Positions 55,133 through 64,000 of a DNA stretch of 64,000 nt are shown one piece after another. Under the pieces are notes generated by a model that worked only from the letters and a program-made list of their open reading frames with translations, searched no databases and had not been told where the DNA came from. Each line of letters opens with the position of its first letter. Within the stretch, counting starts at the first letter, position 1. The translations under genes were made by a program, and so were the position numbers. Origin of the DNA: Candidatus Micrarchaeota archaeon (GTDB lineage: Archaea > Micrarchaeota > Micrarchaeia > Anstonellales > Bilamarchaeaceae); contig JAFGCC010000014.1 in assembly GCA_016932815.1 (NCBI GenBank), forward strand, positions 80,129-144,128, in the 5' to 3' direction.

Positions 55133-55690
55133 ATGGACAGGTTCATCCTTGACACCAGCCTTTTCGTGAATCCGGCTTCGAGGAAGCAATTCGGGAAGAC
55201 TCCCCCGGAGGCCGTAAGGGCATTTGTCCGCAAGGCAAAGGCGAAGAAGGGGAAGGCGGAGTTTTATATGCCCCCCCTGGTGATGGACGAACTTGCGAAC
55301 TTTGCGAAAAAGGATGCGGGAAAACTCTCGGCGGTTGTGAAAAAGCGCGCCCCGAACATCTATGGGATATACATACCCGCTGCGATACTCTATTCGTTTA
55401 TAGAGGACGTGCGCGCAAGGGTGAATAAGGGGCTGAGGCTTGCAGAGGAATTCGCGCAGGACAACCGTCCGGAAAATGCGGAAAAACTAAGCAAGCTGCG
55501 CGCGAAATACCGCGATGCCATGCGCAAGGGGATGGTGGATTCCCGGGAGGATTTGGAGATAATCCTGCTTGCATACGAACTGGGGGCGGCAATCGTGACA
55601 TCCGATGAGGGGATAACCCTCATGGCCAACCAGATTGGCGTTGAGTGGATAGAGGCAGAGAAGTTCGGGGAACTCCTAAAAGCCCTCTAA
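55133..55690 (+). CDS. PIN-domain nuclease (UPF0278 / HARP-like protein-only RNase P family candidate)
   Basis: 185 aa. It begins with the PIN start MDRFILDTSLFVNP, with later acidic positions (DELANF, DSRED, VTSDEGI). It lies downstream of the membrane-protein operon. Confidence 0.6.
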   Translation: MDRFILDTSLFVNPASRKQFGKTPPEAVRAFVRKAKAKKGKAEFYMPPLVMDELANFAKKDAGKLSAVVKKRAPNIYGIYIPAAILYSFIEDVRARVNKGLRLAEEFAQDNRPENAEKLSKLRAKYRDAMRKGMVDSREDLEIILLAYELGAAIVTSDEGITLMANQIGVEWIEAEKFGELLKAL

Positions 55691-55704
55691 GGTTCGGGGA
55701 GCCG

Positions 55705-57138
55705 TTATTTAGCGCCGCCCTCTTCTTTCCCAGGGGTTTTTTCTTTGGCGGCACCGCTATCTTCTTCTAGCATTTCCATTGCAACGTCTTCTGTGCTGGA
55801 TTCCTTCCTGGCTGCGCGCTTCTGCTTCTCCCTCTGTACTTTTGCGACTACCACCTTGTCCAGGTCGGCCCCCTTTTCATAGACGATTTTGGGCTTATGC
55901 AGCGCCTCTTCGCGCACCACCTGGAGGGCTCCGAAGGTGGTCACTATTATGCTTCCCACAATTACCACGAAGGCGATGTCGGAGAAGCCGCTAATCTGCG
56001 CGGTTATTTCCGCATAGGTCTTAGGGTCCATCGCCTCGGGGTGGTCTGCGGCATATTGGATTAGGATTCCCATGGGATAGGTTGCGAGCACTGCGGAGCC
56101 GAAGCCGCGCGGAATCAGGATTTCCATCTTGTGCGCATCGGCGCGCAGGTCGCTGCCCATAGTGGCAATCTGGACGGAAACCTTCCTTGCCACATAAAGC
56201 AGGATTATTATGCCCACTCCCAGGAACACCATGTCCATGCTTGCAATTGAGACTAGGGCACCTAGGAACACGAAGAAGAATGTGCGCACCATAAACGAGA
56301 TTTCGTCTTGGAACTTGAGCATTTCTTCGTCGTTGGTAATTGTGGTGAGGCCGGTTGCCCTGCCTATTTCGGCCATGTTTCCCAGCATGATCCCAAAGAC
56401 TAAGACTCCTATTGCGCCGCTTGCTCCTACGGATTCAACTGCGACGTAGAATAGCAGGGTGACTGCGAAAGTTAGCATGTGGAAGAACTTTAGTTCGCGC
56501 ATCTGGGTTCCGACTAGCATCCATATGGCGCCTGCGACTACCCCCAGGAAGGCAGCAGTTGAGAACTGGTTTACCACCCCGCTTACTATGCTCCCTATAT
56601 CCAAGGCGCCGCTTATTAGGCCGGAAGTGAGTGTAATTACGAGCACTACGCCCAGAACGTCTGTGATTGCGGACTCTATGCTCTGGAAGTGCTTGGTTTC
56701 TTCTTTGAGGCCAATTCCATCTGAGACGGGATTCACCATGGCTCCGGTCGTTCCCGCGAGGATTGCTCCGAGCAGGACTCCGACTATTACGTTGCCAAAG
56801 AGGTAGGTCCAGAGTGCCGCCACCAGGGCGATTGAGAGGATTCCCACCAATAACCCCATTGCGACTCCCCTGGCACTCTCGCTAATTAGCTTGCGCAGGT
56901 TCATCCTCGTTCCGCTATCAAAAAGCAGGATCATAAGGGCGAGAGGGCCAATTAGGCTCTGGAGTTCTCTTAGAAGGTCAATATCCACCATGCCCGTTAG
57001 TGGGCCTAGCATGTAGCCTATTGCAAGGAGGATTAGCACCGGGGAAATCTTGTATTTTTTAAACAGCATTTCGCCCAGGAACCCTATTACCAGAATCCCT
57101 CCGAGGATTGTAAATGAAACCAGTGTTTCGCTTGCCAT
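55705..57138 (-). CDS. Na+/H+ (cation:proton) antiporter, CPA1/NhaP type, with a C-terminal hydrophilic tail
   Basis: It has about 11-12 TM segments typical of the Na_H_Exchanger family. The lysine-rich tail reads KVQREKQKRAARKE. Confidence 0.85.
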   Translation of the reverse strand: MASETLVSFTILGGILVIGFLGEMLFKKYKISPVLILLAIGYMLGPLTGMVDIDLLRELQSLIGPLALMILLFDSGTRMNLRKLISESARGVAMGLLVGILSIALVAALWTYLFGNVIVGVLLGAILAGTTGAMVNPVSDGIGLKEETKHFQSIESAITDVLGVVLVITLTSGLISGALDIGSIVSGVVNQFSTAAFLGVVAGAIWMLVGTQMRELKFFHMLTFAVTLLFYVAVESVGASGAIGVLVFGIMLGNMAEIGRATGLTTITNDEEMLKFQDEISFMVRTFFFVFLGALVSIASMDMVFLGVGIIILLYVARKVSVQIATMGSDLRADAHKMEILIPRGFGSAVLATYPMGILIQYAADHPEAMDPKTYAEITAQISGFSDIAFVVIVGSIIVTTFGALQVVREEALHKPKIVYEKGADLDKVVVAKVQREKQKRAARKESSTEDVAMEMLEEDSGAAKEKTPGKEEGGAK

Positions 57139-57148
57139 CTTTTTTCAC

Positions 57149-58216
57149 CTAGTCTGCCTGTGCGTACCCCTCAATTGCACGCCTTATCTTCCTGCTGCCC
57201 TCCTTGTACTTCTTTTTGAAGCGTATAATGAGCGCACCCTTTAAGTTAGTTTCCCGCACGTCCCTTATTTCCACTTCCTTTGACATGTGCGAGAGGAGTT
57301 TGCCCCAGGTTTCCCTGTTTTTTATCGTGAATTCAAATTCCTCTGCGGCCTCCCCACCGGAAGTGAGGGCGGAATAGAGGAGGCAGTGGAGGGCTTCTCC
57401 CATGCGCGCATCGTATTGCTTTTTGTTTAGGCCAAGTTCATTTACGGATGCCGCGCAGCGGAACACCCTCTGCTTCATGAATCCCAGGGGCATATCAAAA
57501 ATGAGGTGCGAGTTTTCTGCGAGGTCGCGGATGTCGGAGGAAGGGAGGACGTATTTCAGGATTCTCCTTGGGTTCTCCTGCTTTAGGACCATTCCCTCTG
57601 CGCCCTTCTTGTCAAGGGAGATTGCCAGCTTTTTTAGCTGGCTGCGGTTTCCGCCGCCCACTCTTTTTACCAGGGGAACCGGGTTTAGGCCATAATCATT
57701 GCACAGCTTCCTGCGCTCTTTTGGGGAGAGGTAGTTGTTCTTCCCGTCTCCCATGTCGAATACGTAGTATTTTGCCCCGGTTCCGGATGGGGCTTTTGTG
57801 TAGGGGGTGTTTCCCACCATTTCCATGTAGAGGACCTTGTTTGGGTGGGCTGCGAAAAACGCCTTTGCGTTTTCATCATCGGATAGTTTTTCTGTTGCGA
57901 AGAAATCCAGGAAGCCGCCCCTTGAGATGCACATTATTTTTCCGCCCTCATAAATCGTGCGGAGGTTATAGCCGTCTATTTTTTCCTCCACGAATATTTC
58001 GCCTTCGTGCAGGTTCTTCTGCACGCCCTTTTCAAGCGAGAACACCCTGCGGATTTTGGGGTAGCCGTATATTACCCTCTTTCCGGTTACCACTGTTCCG
58101 CGGGGGATTTTGCCTATGCTCTCCGAGAACCTGCATACGCCGTCGCGCTCTTGTATCCTGCCCTTTTTGATTGCATTCAGGATTTTTTTGCGCAAGCTTG
58201 CTTTTAGGTCCTTCAT
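57149..58216 (-). CDS. ATP-dependent RNA ligase, Pab1020/Rnl3 family (COG1423)
   Basis: The nucleotidyltransferase motif I (EEKIDGYNLR) is present. Length (355 aa) and overall layout match archaeal Rnl3. Confidence 0.6.
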   Translation of the reverse strand: MKDLKASLRKKILNAIKKGRIQERDGVCRFSESIGKIPRGTVVTGKRVIYGYPKIRRVFSLEKGVQKNLHEGEIFVEEKIDGYNLRTIYEGGKIMCISRGGFLDFFATEKLSDDENAKAFFAAHPNKVLYMEMVGNTPYTKAPSGTGAKYYVFDMGDGKNNYLSPKERRKLCNDYGLNPVPLVKRVGGGNRSQLKKLAISLDKKGAEGMVLKQENPRRILKYVLPSSDIRDLAENSHLIFDMPLGFMKQRVFRCAASVNELGLNKKQYDARMGEALHCLLYSALTSGGEAAEEFEFTIKNRETWGKLLSHMSKEVEIRDVRETNLKGALIIRFKKKYKEGSRKIRRAIEGYAQAD

Positions 58217-58220
58217 TGGT

Positions 58221-58730
58221 TCACCAGGGCACCTTCTTTAGGCCTGCGCGGTTTGCCAGCACGTTGGTTAGCACGTGTAGGGCGTAGGAAACGACTATTA
58301 TGAATGCGAGGTTGGGGAACGTATAGATGGGCTCTGCAAAGGGGTAGGCGAAAACCAGGCCGCCCACTACGAAATCCATCTGGTCAACCACGTTGAACTG
58401 CTTTCCCTCCCCGATTTTTAGCCTGCGCTTTAGGAAGCTTCCGGCAAGGTCGCCAATTAGGGCGCCTACTGCGAGCATTATGCCGCTTAGGAGGAGTGTT
58501 TGGGGATTGTTGAATATGAGGTTGGGCCAGAATTGGGAGATGAGGAGTGATGCTAAGACGCCCACTACGATTCCGCCTGCGAAGCCGCGGACGGTCTTGG
58601 TTTTCCCGAATAAGGGGTTGCCGTCTGCGAGCTTTATGCCCATGTCCATGCGGGGGCCTCCGCCTAGGAGAACCGGGGCGGCGTTTGCGGCGTAGCAGGG
58701 AACCATGAATGAGAGCAGTTGGAGCCACAT
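58221..58730 (-). CDS. carS: CDP-archaeol synthase (CarS)
   Basis: 169 aa and polytopic. YAANAAPVLLGGGPRMDMG...GKTKTVRGFAGG matches the CarS/DUF46 signature. Confidence 0.75.
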   Translation of the reverse strand: MWLQLLSFMVPCYAANAAPVLLGGGPRMDMGIKLADGNPLFGKTKTVRGFAGGIVVGVLASLLISQFWPNLIFNNPQTLLLSGIMLAVGALIGDLAGSFLKRRLKIGEGKQFNVVDQMDFVVGGLVFAYPFAEPIYTFPNLAFIIVVSYALHVLTNVLANRAGLKKVPW

Positions 58731-58800
58731 TGGGAATCGTGGTTCCTTCCCGAATAATATTTATAAAGCATTACTTATCCCGGATTCCCTTTGGCCCCCC

Positions 58801-59559
58801 TCATTTTTCGCCGATGTTGAAGATGTCCTGCTCCAGCGACTTTTTGGATTTTAGTTCGGTGAGCACGTAAGTTAGGAGGATTGCCTTGATGCGCTCGTAG
58901 GATTCCTTTCCTACTGGAACGTTGCATACTGCATACCTGAGGTTCTTGGCATTTGAGCAGAAAAGCGCATCATGCACGTTTTCGCAGTTGTGGCAGAAAT
59001 AGGCTCTTGAGCACTCCTTTAGGGAATCGCACTCAAAGCAGCAGGTGCATTTTACGCAGTTGTAGCAGTTGATGCAGTATTTTGAGTAGAAGAGGCGGTA
59101 GCACCCAAACGAGTATTCTGCGAACTTCGTGTAGGAAGTGTGGGAGACCCATTTGGAATTGAATGCGTCCTGGGACTTGTAGGTGTTGAGGGTATCTTCC
59201 ACCCCGATTGTTTCTGGGTTGTTGCGGTCTTCGCCCTTGCGCATGTCCAAATTGAAGAGGGCTATTTTTGCAAACTCGCCCACCACGCCTTTGAGGGTGG
59301 AGAGATTTGCGGGCTGCAAGCTAAGCTGGCGCGCTTCCTTTATCTCATCGAAGCCGAGTATGCGATTGCTGGGAATCTTCTCCATGAATGCGTATTGGAG
59401 AATCAGGCGCAGCTTCTTTGAGTGGAAAAACGAGTTGCAGGTGCGCTCCTGCCCAAGGTGGCGCATGAGCCAGGGGCCATACGAGTCTATTCCCTCCAGG
59501 GGCCCTCCGAGGATTAGCCTGGCAGTAGTCGAGAAGGCGTTTTCCGCTTCTGCGCTCAT
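58801..59559 (-). CDS. Cys-rich hypothetical protein (start at MSAEAEN, ATGA-coupled to the upstream gene)
   Basis: It contains the cluster FGCYRLFYSKYCINCYNCVKCTCCFECDSLKECSRAYFCHNCENV. The gene is AT-richer than the surrounding genome. Confidence 0.55.
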   Translation of the reverse strand: MSAEAENAFSTTARLILGGPLEGIDSYGPWLMRHLGQERTCNSFFHSKKLRLILQYAFMEKIPSNRILGFDEIKEARQLSLQPANLSTLKGVVGEFAKIALFNLDMRKGEDRNNPETIGVEDTLNTYKSQDAFNSKWVSHTSYTKFAEYSFGCYRLFYSKYCINCYNCVKCTCCFECDSLKECSRAYFCHNCENVHDALFCSNAKNLRYAVCNVPVGKESYERIKAILLTYVLTELKSKKSLEQDIFNIGEK

Positions 59560-60344
59560 TTGGCACCGCCTCCTGCTAGCTCGAAAATCGTGGGGAAGGA
59601 TTTTTTGCTCTGGATTTCTAGTGCTATTTCCCCTAGGAGCTTCTGCTTGAGGGGAAAATATTCCTCCCTTGGGAGGGGAATGTTGCCTATCATGAATTTT
59701 GCATTCACCTGGTTCATTGAGAAGAGGCATTCCTGGGAGAACTCCATCCTCCAGCAGAAATGCAAGTCCGAGGAGGTATGCGAGTATCCGCTCTGGAAGA
59801 AGCGGCTTGAGAGGTAGTTGTGGTAGCTTTTAACCATGAAGTTGCAGAAGGCTGAATAGGTGCAGCCGAATATGTATTTGGAATTTAGGAGGATATCCGA
59901 ATAGCAGGAATACTGGGAATTGTATGCGGCGTTGGTTTGGTGCATGAAGCCGCAGTCCATTATCCCATCAGAAGATGTGATTTCGAAGTTCTTTCCCAGG
60001 TGCTTGTCCCCGCAATAGGAGAAATTCTCCTTTGCGGCGGTTAGGAGTGAATCTATGTCTTTTATTTCGTTTATGCTGAATTTTGGGGGCGGGAGGAGTG
60101 GGCACTCCGAATCTGAGAGGAACGTTCCCTTTTTGGGGTATTGGGGGGAATAGAGGAACACCTCTTTTTTAGAGATGAAGGACTTGCGTGCTGTTGGGGG
60201 CGGGGCGGTGGAAGTGAGGAATCCCCTTAGTTCCTCTAGGCCGCCCAGCTCGCTGCCGATTGTGCTCCTGCAGGCGCTGCGGAATGCGGAATCGAGCTTT
60301 TGGAGGAGGAGCTTTTCCTTTGCCGAGGCTCCGGGATTGTTCAT
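59556..60344 (-). CDS. Cys-rich hypothetical protein, possible paralog of the 58801..59559 product
   Basis: Its Cys/aromatic cluster reads SYCGDKH...QYSCYSDILLNSKYIFGCTYSAFCNF...HFCWRMEFSQEC. Its stop overlaps the downstream ATG (ATGA). Confidence 0.55.
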   Translation of the reverse strand: MNNPGASAKEKLLLQKLDSAFRSACRSTIGSELGGLEELRGFLTSTAPPPTARKSFISKKEVFLYSPQYPKKGTFLSDSECPLLPPPKFSINEIKDIDSLLTAAKENFSYCGDKHLGKNFEITSSDGIMDCGFMHQTNAAYNSQYSCYSDILLNSKYIFGCTYSAFCNFMVKSYHNYLSSRFFQSGYSHTSSDLHFCWRMEFSQECLFSMNQVNAKFMIGNIPLPREEYFPLKQKLLGEIALEIQSKKSFPTIFELAGGGAK

Positions 60345-60444
60345 GGGGGTTTTCGCGGGTTCCGGGCTATTTATTGTTTATTGTCCCCCTGGGGGGTAGC
60401 AGTAGGGATGGGGTTAATAAGGGATGCGTGCAGAGAAACTGTGC

Positions 60445-61194
60445 ATGAACACTAAGGTGCTGGAGGAAATCGGGCTCACGGAAGGGGAAACCAGGGTTTA
60501 TTTGGCGTTGCTTAAACTGGGCTCGACTAAAACGGGGGCTCTTGCTTCGAAAGCCGGGGTTTCCTCTTCAAAGGTGTATAAGATACTCGATAGGCTGGAG
60601 AAGAAGGGGCTTGTGGGGCACGTATTGAAGGGGGAAATCAAGCACTTTAGCGCGCTTGAGCCTGAGAGGCTGCTGGATTACGTGGAGAAAAAGGAGGCGC
60701 AGCTCTCAGAGAAAAAGCGGCTCGTTGAGAGGATGCTCCCCGAACTTCGGAAGCAGAGGGGCTTGGGGGAGAAATCCGAGGCCACTGTGTATTCGGGATT
60801 CAGGGCGGCAACCAACTTTTTTAGGGGGATAGTCGATGAGCTTGGGGGCGGGGAAACATATTACGTTATTGGAGCGGGGTACGGGGAAGGGGTTCCGGGG
60901 CTGTATGATTTTTTCTACAAGCACCACCAGAGGAGGGCGAAAAAGGGGGTGAGGGTGAAAATGCTTGCAAACCACAATGTGAGGGATACGCTTGTGGAGA
61001 CCGTGTGGCTCAAGTCGGAAATAAGGTTCCTCCCAGAATACCTGATTACGAACATGGAGATTGTTTTTTACCGCGACAAGGTTTACATAATACTGGCGGG
61101 AGACGAGCTTGTGGGGTTCCTGCTTGAGAATGCGGAAGCGGCAAAAGGCTTTAGGAAATACTTCAATATGCTATGGGGGATGTCCGAAAAATAA
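60445..61194 (+). CDS. trmB: TrmB-family transcriptional regulator
   Basis: The N-terminal wHTH reads LGLTEGETRVYLALLKLGSTKTGALASKAGVSSSKVYKILDRLEKKGLV. The C-terminal half resembles the TrmB sugar-binding-like domain. Confidence 0.7.
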   Translation: MNTKVLEEIGLTEGETRVYLALLKLGSTKTGALASKAGVSSSKVYKILDRLEKKGLVGHVLKGEIKHFSALEPERLLDYVEKKEAQLSEKKRLVERMLPELRKQRGLGEKSEATVYSGFRAATNFFRGIVDELGGGETYYVIGAGYGEGVPGLYDFFYKHHQRRAKKGVRVKMLANHNVRDTLVETVWLKSEIRFLPEYLITNMEIVFYRDKVYIILAGDELVGFLLENAEAAKGFRKYFNMLWGMSEK

Positions 61195-61256
61195 GCCGGA
61201 TAATTGTGCAAAGCCAAAAACATAGATATTTAAACATTTTATGACACATCTTTTGC

Positions 61257-63359
61257 ATGGGCTCAGACAGGAGGAGGAAGAAACCGGAACATAGCATAGC
61301 GATAGCTCCGGCTGAGCATTTCTCCAGGCAGGGCATATTGATCTCGGGAGTATGGAGCGGAGCCCCGGACAAGAAGAAAATGGAGGAGGCCCTGAAGGTG
61401 GGGCAGGCATTTGCAAGCTCCGCAAAAGACTGCTCTTATGAAGAGGTCATAGGCTACTTCGGCGCGATTGAGGGCCTAATGGATTCCTTGCAGCAGGCGG
61501 AGAGGGGGCTTAGGATAGTGCTTGCAGACCGCATGATGAATGGGGCAAACGAATACGTAAAGTCTCATCCTGGTTCAAGAGAGAAGGTTCTGGAGATTGC
61601 GCTTCCCGCCCTGAGGAAAATCTGCCGGTTCTCAGACGTGGATGAAATGTGCCAGTTTACCGGGTACTGCATATCCAACCTTACAATCGCAGAGCCCGCA
61701 AAAAGCCTGATGACGCTGAAAGTTGCAATGGAGGTTGAGGGAATCGGGGAGAGCCTCCGCCTGCCGGAACTGGTAATGGGGGCGCTAATAGCGTCTCGGA
61801 GCCAGGATAGCGGGGTCCGCAAGGCTGCGAGGGAATTCGCAGGCAGGTTCTCGGCTTCCGGGCGGGGTACCACCATAATGTCTTCTGGGAAAGACGGCTC
61901 TGAGGCTGCAAGGGAATTCCTTGCGGCTGCGGAAAGCGATGAACACGTTGGGCTGGTTTTCAAGTTCGCATACGCCTGCGCAATCAAGGGAAGCAAGTGG
62001 GGGATGGAAGTTGCAAAGGAAATAATCCTGGAGCGGGAGAATCCTCCTCTTAGCAGGGAGCGCTTCGTTGAGGCGGTTGCCGAGGCCATGGAAGGGGCGA
62101 ATGCCGCCAACCAGAGCGACCCTGAGGGAGTCCAGGAAAGATTCGGGGGCCTAATGAAGCTTATGAAAGAGAGGGGATGGTGGAAGGATTCTGCCTCCAA
62201 AAAAGCGGAGGCTGCGGTGCCGGTAGGGGAAGTCACCGAAGAAGAGGGCTACCCCGTATTGAGCATAATTGCATTGGGGGAGATAGGCAAAAGCCTTGCA
62301 ATGTCCAACAAGGCGCTGCCTTTGCCCAGGATAGCAGAGGTAGTCAGGGACGTCATCAAGACCCTTGAGGGCAAGAGCGGATTCGGGATTGGAATCCGGA
62401 TTGGGGTGCTCGATTCTATTTTGTACAGCGTGAAAAATTATGTTGATGCGTATCCCGATTCTCTTGGGAAGGTGGAAGCGATTGCGCTCCCCGCTCTGGC
62501 AAAGCTTTGCGAATTTGAGAAGCCGGAGGAGGATTTCGCAAGATTCACGCAGTATTGCGAGGGGCGTGCGAGGGGGGACGAAACTACCGAATATATGTTG
62601 CTGAGGCTGTTTGCGCAAATCGGGGAAGCGGGCATCAGGGCATTTGGATCTGCCAAGGGATTCCCGCTGATAGCGGACAGGAACATGCTGTCCTGGGAAT
62701 CTATTAAGAGGCAGGCCGGGAGGGAAATCGTGGGCGTGGTTGGAGGAAGGTTTGAGTGTATTGCGGGGGTTTATAGGGCAACGGGGGATTGCTCGGCGGA
62801 GGTTGCGGAATTCCTGAAAAACGAAATGCGCAAGCCCGTAATCGATGGAATGTTCAACCAGTCCTATGTTGCGGCCCTGCGGGGCAGCACCTGGGGCATG
62901 AACGTTGCAACGCAGATGATTAATCAGATGGATGAGGCGCCCTTATCTGCAGAAGCTTTTTCCGTTCTTAGGGGGAGGGCGCTTGAGGGATGGCATGGGC
63001 AGTGGGGGCCAAGGGGGGTGGAGGAAGCCGGGGTGCTCAGCAGGGTGTGCGGATGGGCCGCAGAAGAGCAGGTCCAAATGGAGGAATTGGGGGAGATGGG
63101 GCAGATGGTCCATAATAGGCGCAGGCTTCGGGAAGAACGGCTTGATTCCGCAATCAGGGCGGCAAGGAAGCTAGACTGGCTGATGAGGGAGAACAGGTGG
63201 AGCTGTGTTGGCTGCGGAAAGGAAAATGCGGATGAGGGCGGGCACTCATACAGGCTTGGCCTTGCGAGGATGAGGCTGCGCCAGGCGCGCGAGCACCTCC
63301 TAAAGAACCACCCGCCGGGGAGGCAGGCAGTGCAACTCCCAATGCCCAGGCCAAAATAG
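61257..63359 (+). CDS. Hypothetical alpha-helical protein (700 aa) with an internal duplication; first of a tandem paralog pair
   Basis: It carries internal repeats (FKFAYACAIKGSKWGMEVAKEI, SYVAALRGSTWGMNVATQMI, IALPALRKIC and IALPALAKLC). A TATA box (atatttaaac) and a ttttgcATGGGC start context lie upstream, and the same start context recurs at 63415. Confidence 0.7.
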   Translation: MGSDRRRKKPEHSIAIAPAEHFSRQGILISGVWSGAPDKKKMEEALKVGQAFASSAKDCSYEEVIGYFGAIEGLMDSLQQAERGLRIVLADRMMNGANEYVKSHPGSREKVLEIALPALRKICRFSDVDEMCQFTGYCISNLTIAEPAKSLMTLKVAMEVEGIGESLRLPELVMGALIASRSQDSGVRKAAREFAGRFSASGRGTTIMSSGKDGSEAAREFLAAAESDEHVGLVFKFAYACAIKGSKWGMEVAKEIILERENPPLSRERFVEAVAEAMEGANAANQSDPEGVQERFGGLMKLMKERGWWKDSASKKAEAAVPVGEVTEEEGYPVLSIIALGEIGKSLAMSNKALPLPRIAEVVRDVIKTLEGKSGFGIGIRIGVLDSILYSVKNYVDAYPDSLGKVEAIALPALAKLCEFEKPEEDFARFTQYCEGRARGDETTEYMLLRLFAQIGEAGIRAFGSAKGFPLIADRNMLSWESIKRQAGREIVGVVGGRFECIAGVYRATGDCSAEVAEFLKNEMRKPVIDGMFNQSYVAALRGSTWGMNVATQMINQMDEAPLSAEAFSVLRGRALEGWHGQWGPRGVEEAGVLSRVCGWAAEEQVQMEELGEMGQMVHNRRRLREERLDSAIRAARKLDWLMRENRWSCVGCGKENADEGGHSYRLGLARMRLRQAREHLLKNHPPGRQAVQLPMPRPK

Positions 63360-63414
63360 GCGGGAAGCGGGAAATCCGGCAGGTATTTAAGCAACTTAAG
63401 GCAGATAATTTTGC

Positions 63415-64000
63415 ATGGGCCCAGCTCTCAAAAGGGACATTGATACAAGCGTTTCGTTTGGAACGGGGGATTTCTCCGCGCCCCTTGTTTATGCGCCAAA
63501 ATCCTTTGAGGAATTCTCCCCTGAAGCAGCAAGGAAGGGGATTCTCGGGATAGGAAAGCGGATGGAAGAGAGCTGGGAGGGCATTGCGCTGCCGCCTGGG
63601 AAAATGGAGGTTACTTTCGCGGTTATTGAGGGTTTCCTTGAGGCGGGAGCATACCTTAGCGTTTCCGAGAGGCTGAACCTTGTTGATGACGTAATTATGA
63701 CCGCCGGGAACTGCATGGAGGCATATCCGGATGGCCGCGAGGGGGCAATGAATGCCGCTTTGCCGCTTCTTGGGAAATTGTTCATGCTTGAAGATAAGGG
63801 CAGGATGCTCCTAAGCCTCACCCCATACGTGAAAGTGAGCCTGGAGGATGGGTACGAACTAAAGAAACATTTCATGCTCAGGCTGCTTGCGAGGATGGAT
63901 GAGGGAGGAGCGGAGATATTCTGGAGTTCGGATTCTGTCCGTGATTCCGTGCTTTCTGCGGCAACGAGCTGGAATGGGGAACTGAGGAGGGCCGCAAGGG
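63415..64000 (+). CDS. Paralog of the 61257..63359 protein (3' partial, runs off the window end); not in the ORF track
   Basis: It has the same ttttgcATGGGCC start context with a TATA box (gtatttaagc) about 30 nt upstream. The translation (MGPALKRDIDTSV...APKSFEEFSPEAARKGILGIGKRMEESWEG...) aligns with the N-terminus of the 700-aa protein. Confidence 0.65.
   Translation, partial: MGPALKRDIDTSVSFGTGDFSAPLVYAPKSFEEFSPEAARKGILGIGKRMEESWEGIALPPGKMEVTFAVIEGFLEAGAYLSVSERLNLVDDVIMTAGNCMEAYPDGREGAMNAALPLLGKLFMLEDKGRMLLSLTPYVKVSLEDGYELKKHFMLRLLARMDEGGAEIFWSSDSVRDSVLSAATSWNGELRRAAR

Noticed and set aside
63489-63875. 128-aa minus-strand ORF near the window end
   Set aside because: It is antisense to a plus-strand gene (63415 onward) that has a conserved promoter and start context and is paralogous to the 700-aa protein.

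Overview
This window reads as a high-GC archaeal chromosome segment (about 55-60% GC by eye), apparently using the standard genetic code, with mostly leaderless TATA-box promoters. Recognisable housekeeping content: the exosome superoperon on the minus strand (SBDS/Sdo1, Rrp4, Rrp41, Rrp42, L37ae, Pcc1, prefoldin beta, DHH phosphoesterase); the L1-L10(P0)-L12(P1) ribosomal operon; ArgS and LeuS; aIF2-beta, aIF1A and RIO1 kinase; PurA; Trm5; a NOL1/NOP2/Sun methyltransferase; a Pab1020-type RNA ligase; CarS; a Na+/H+ antiporter; and the C-terminus of FeoB with a FeoC-like gene, a Doc toxin and tRNA-Ser(UGA). Between these sit several expanded tandem paralog families. The main one is seven consecutive minus-strand genes (20100-34104, 558-699 aa each). 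Each has its own conserved TATA box except one that is translationally coupled to its neighbour. Each encodes an N-terminal array of ~35-aa alpha-helical repeats (AFAKNPxxV..AFxRIG..AG..AFW) fused to a conserved C-terminal domain with an invariant His-Gly then Ser-Cys pattern typical of clan-CD caspase-like (CHAT/separase-like) proteases. Other families: a six-gene, tightly packed operon of paralogous polytopic membrane proteins (48228-55043) with a conserved LLRxFPxTRxxG core and a GLTxhh C-terminus; a tandem pair of 599/489-aa proteins with duplicated promoter and internal ~45-aa modules; a Cys-rich gene pair in a low-GC island; and a 700-aa protein followed by a paralog truncated by the window end. 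Additional items: a presenilin/SPP-type intramembrane protease; two PBS-lyase-type HEAT-repeat proteins (one with a signal peptide); a large N-glycosylation-sequon-rich beta-helix/Cys-rich surface protein with a C-terminal membrane anchor; a PIN-domain (HARP-like?) protein; a low-GC patch next to the tRNA carrying toxin/antitoxin-like remnants; a 46-codon ORF separated from Pcc1 only by an in-frame TAG; and three direct palindromic repeats between two genes.
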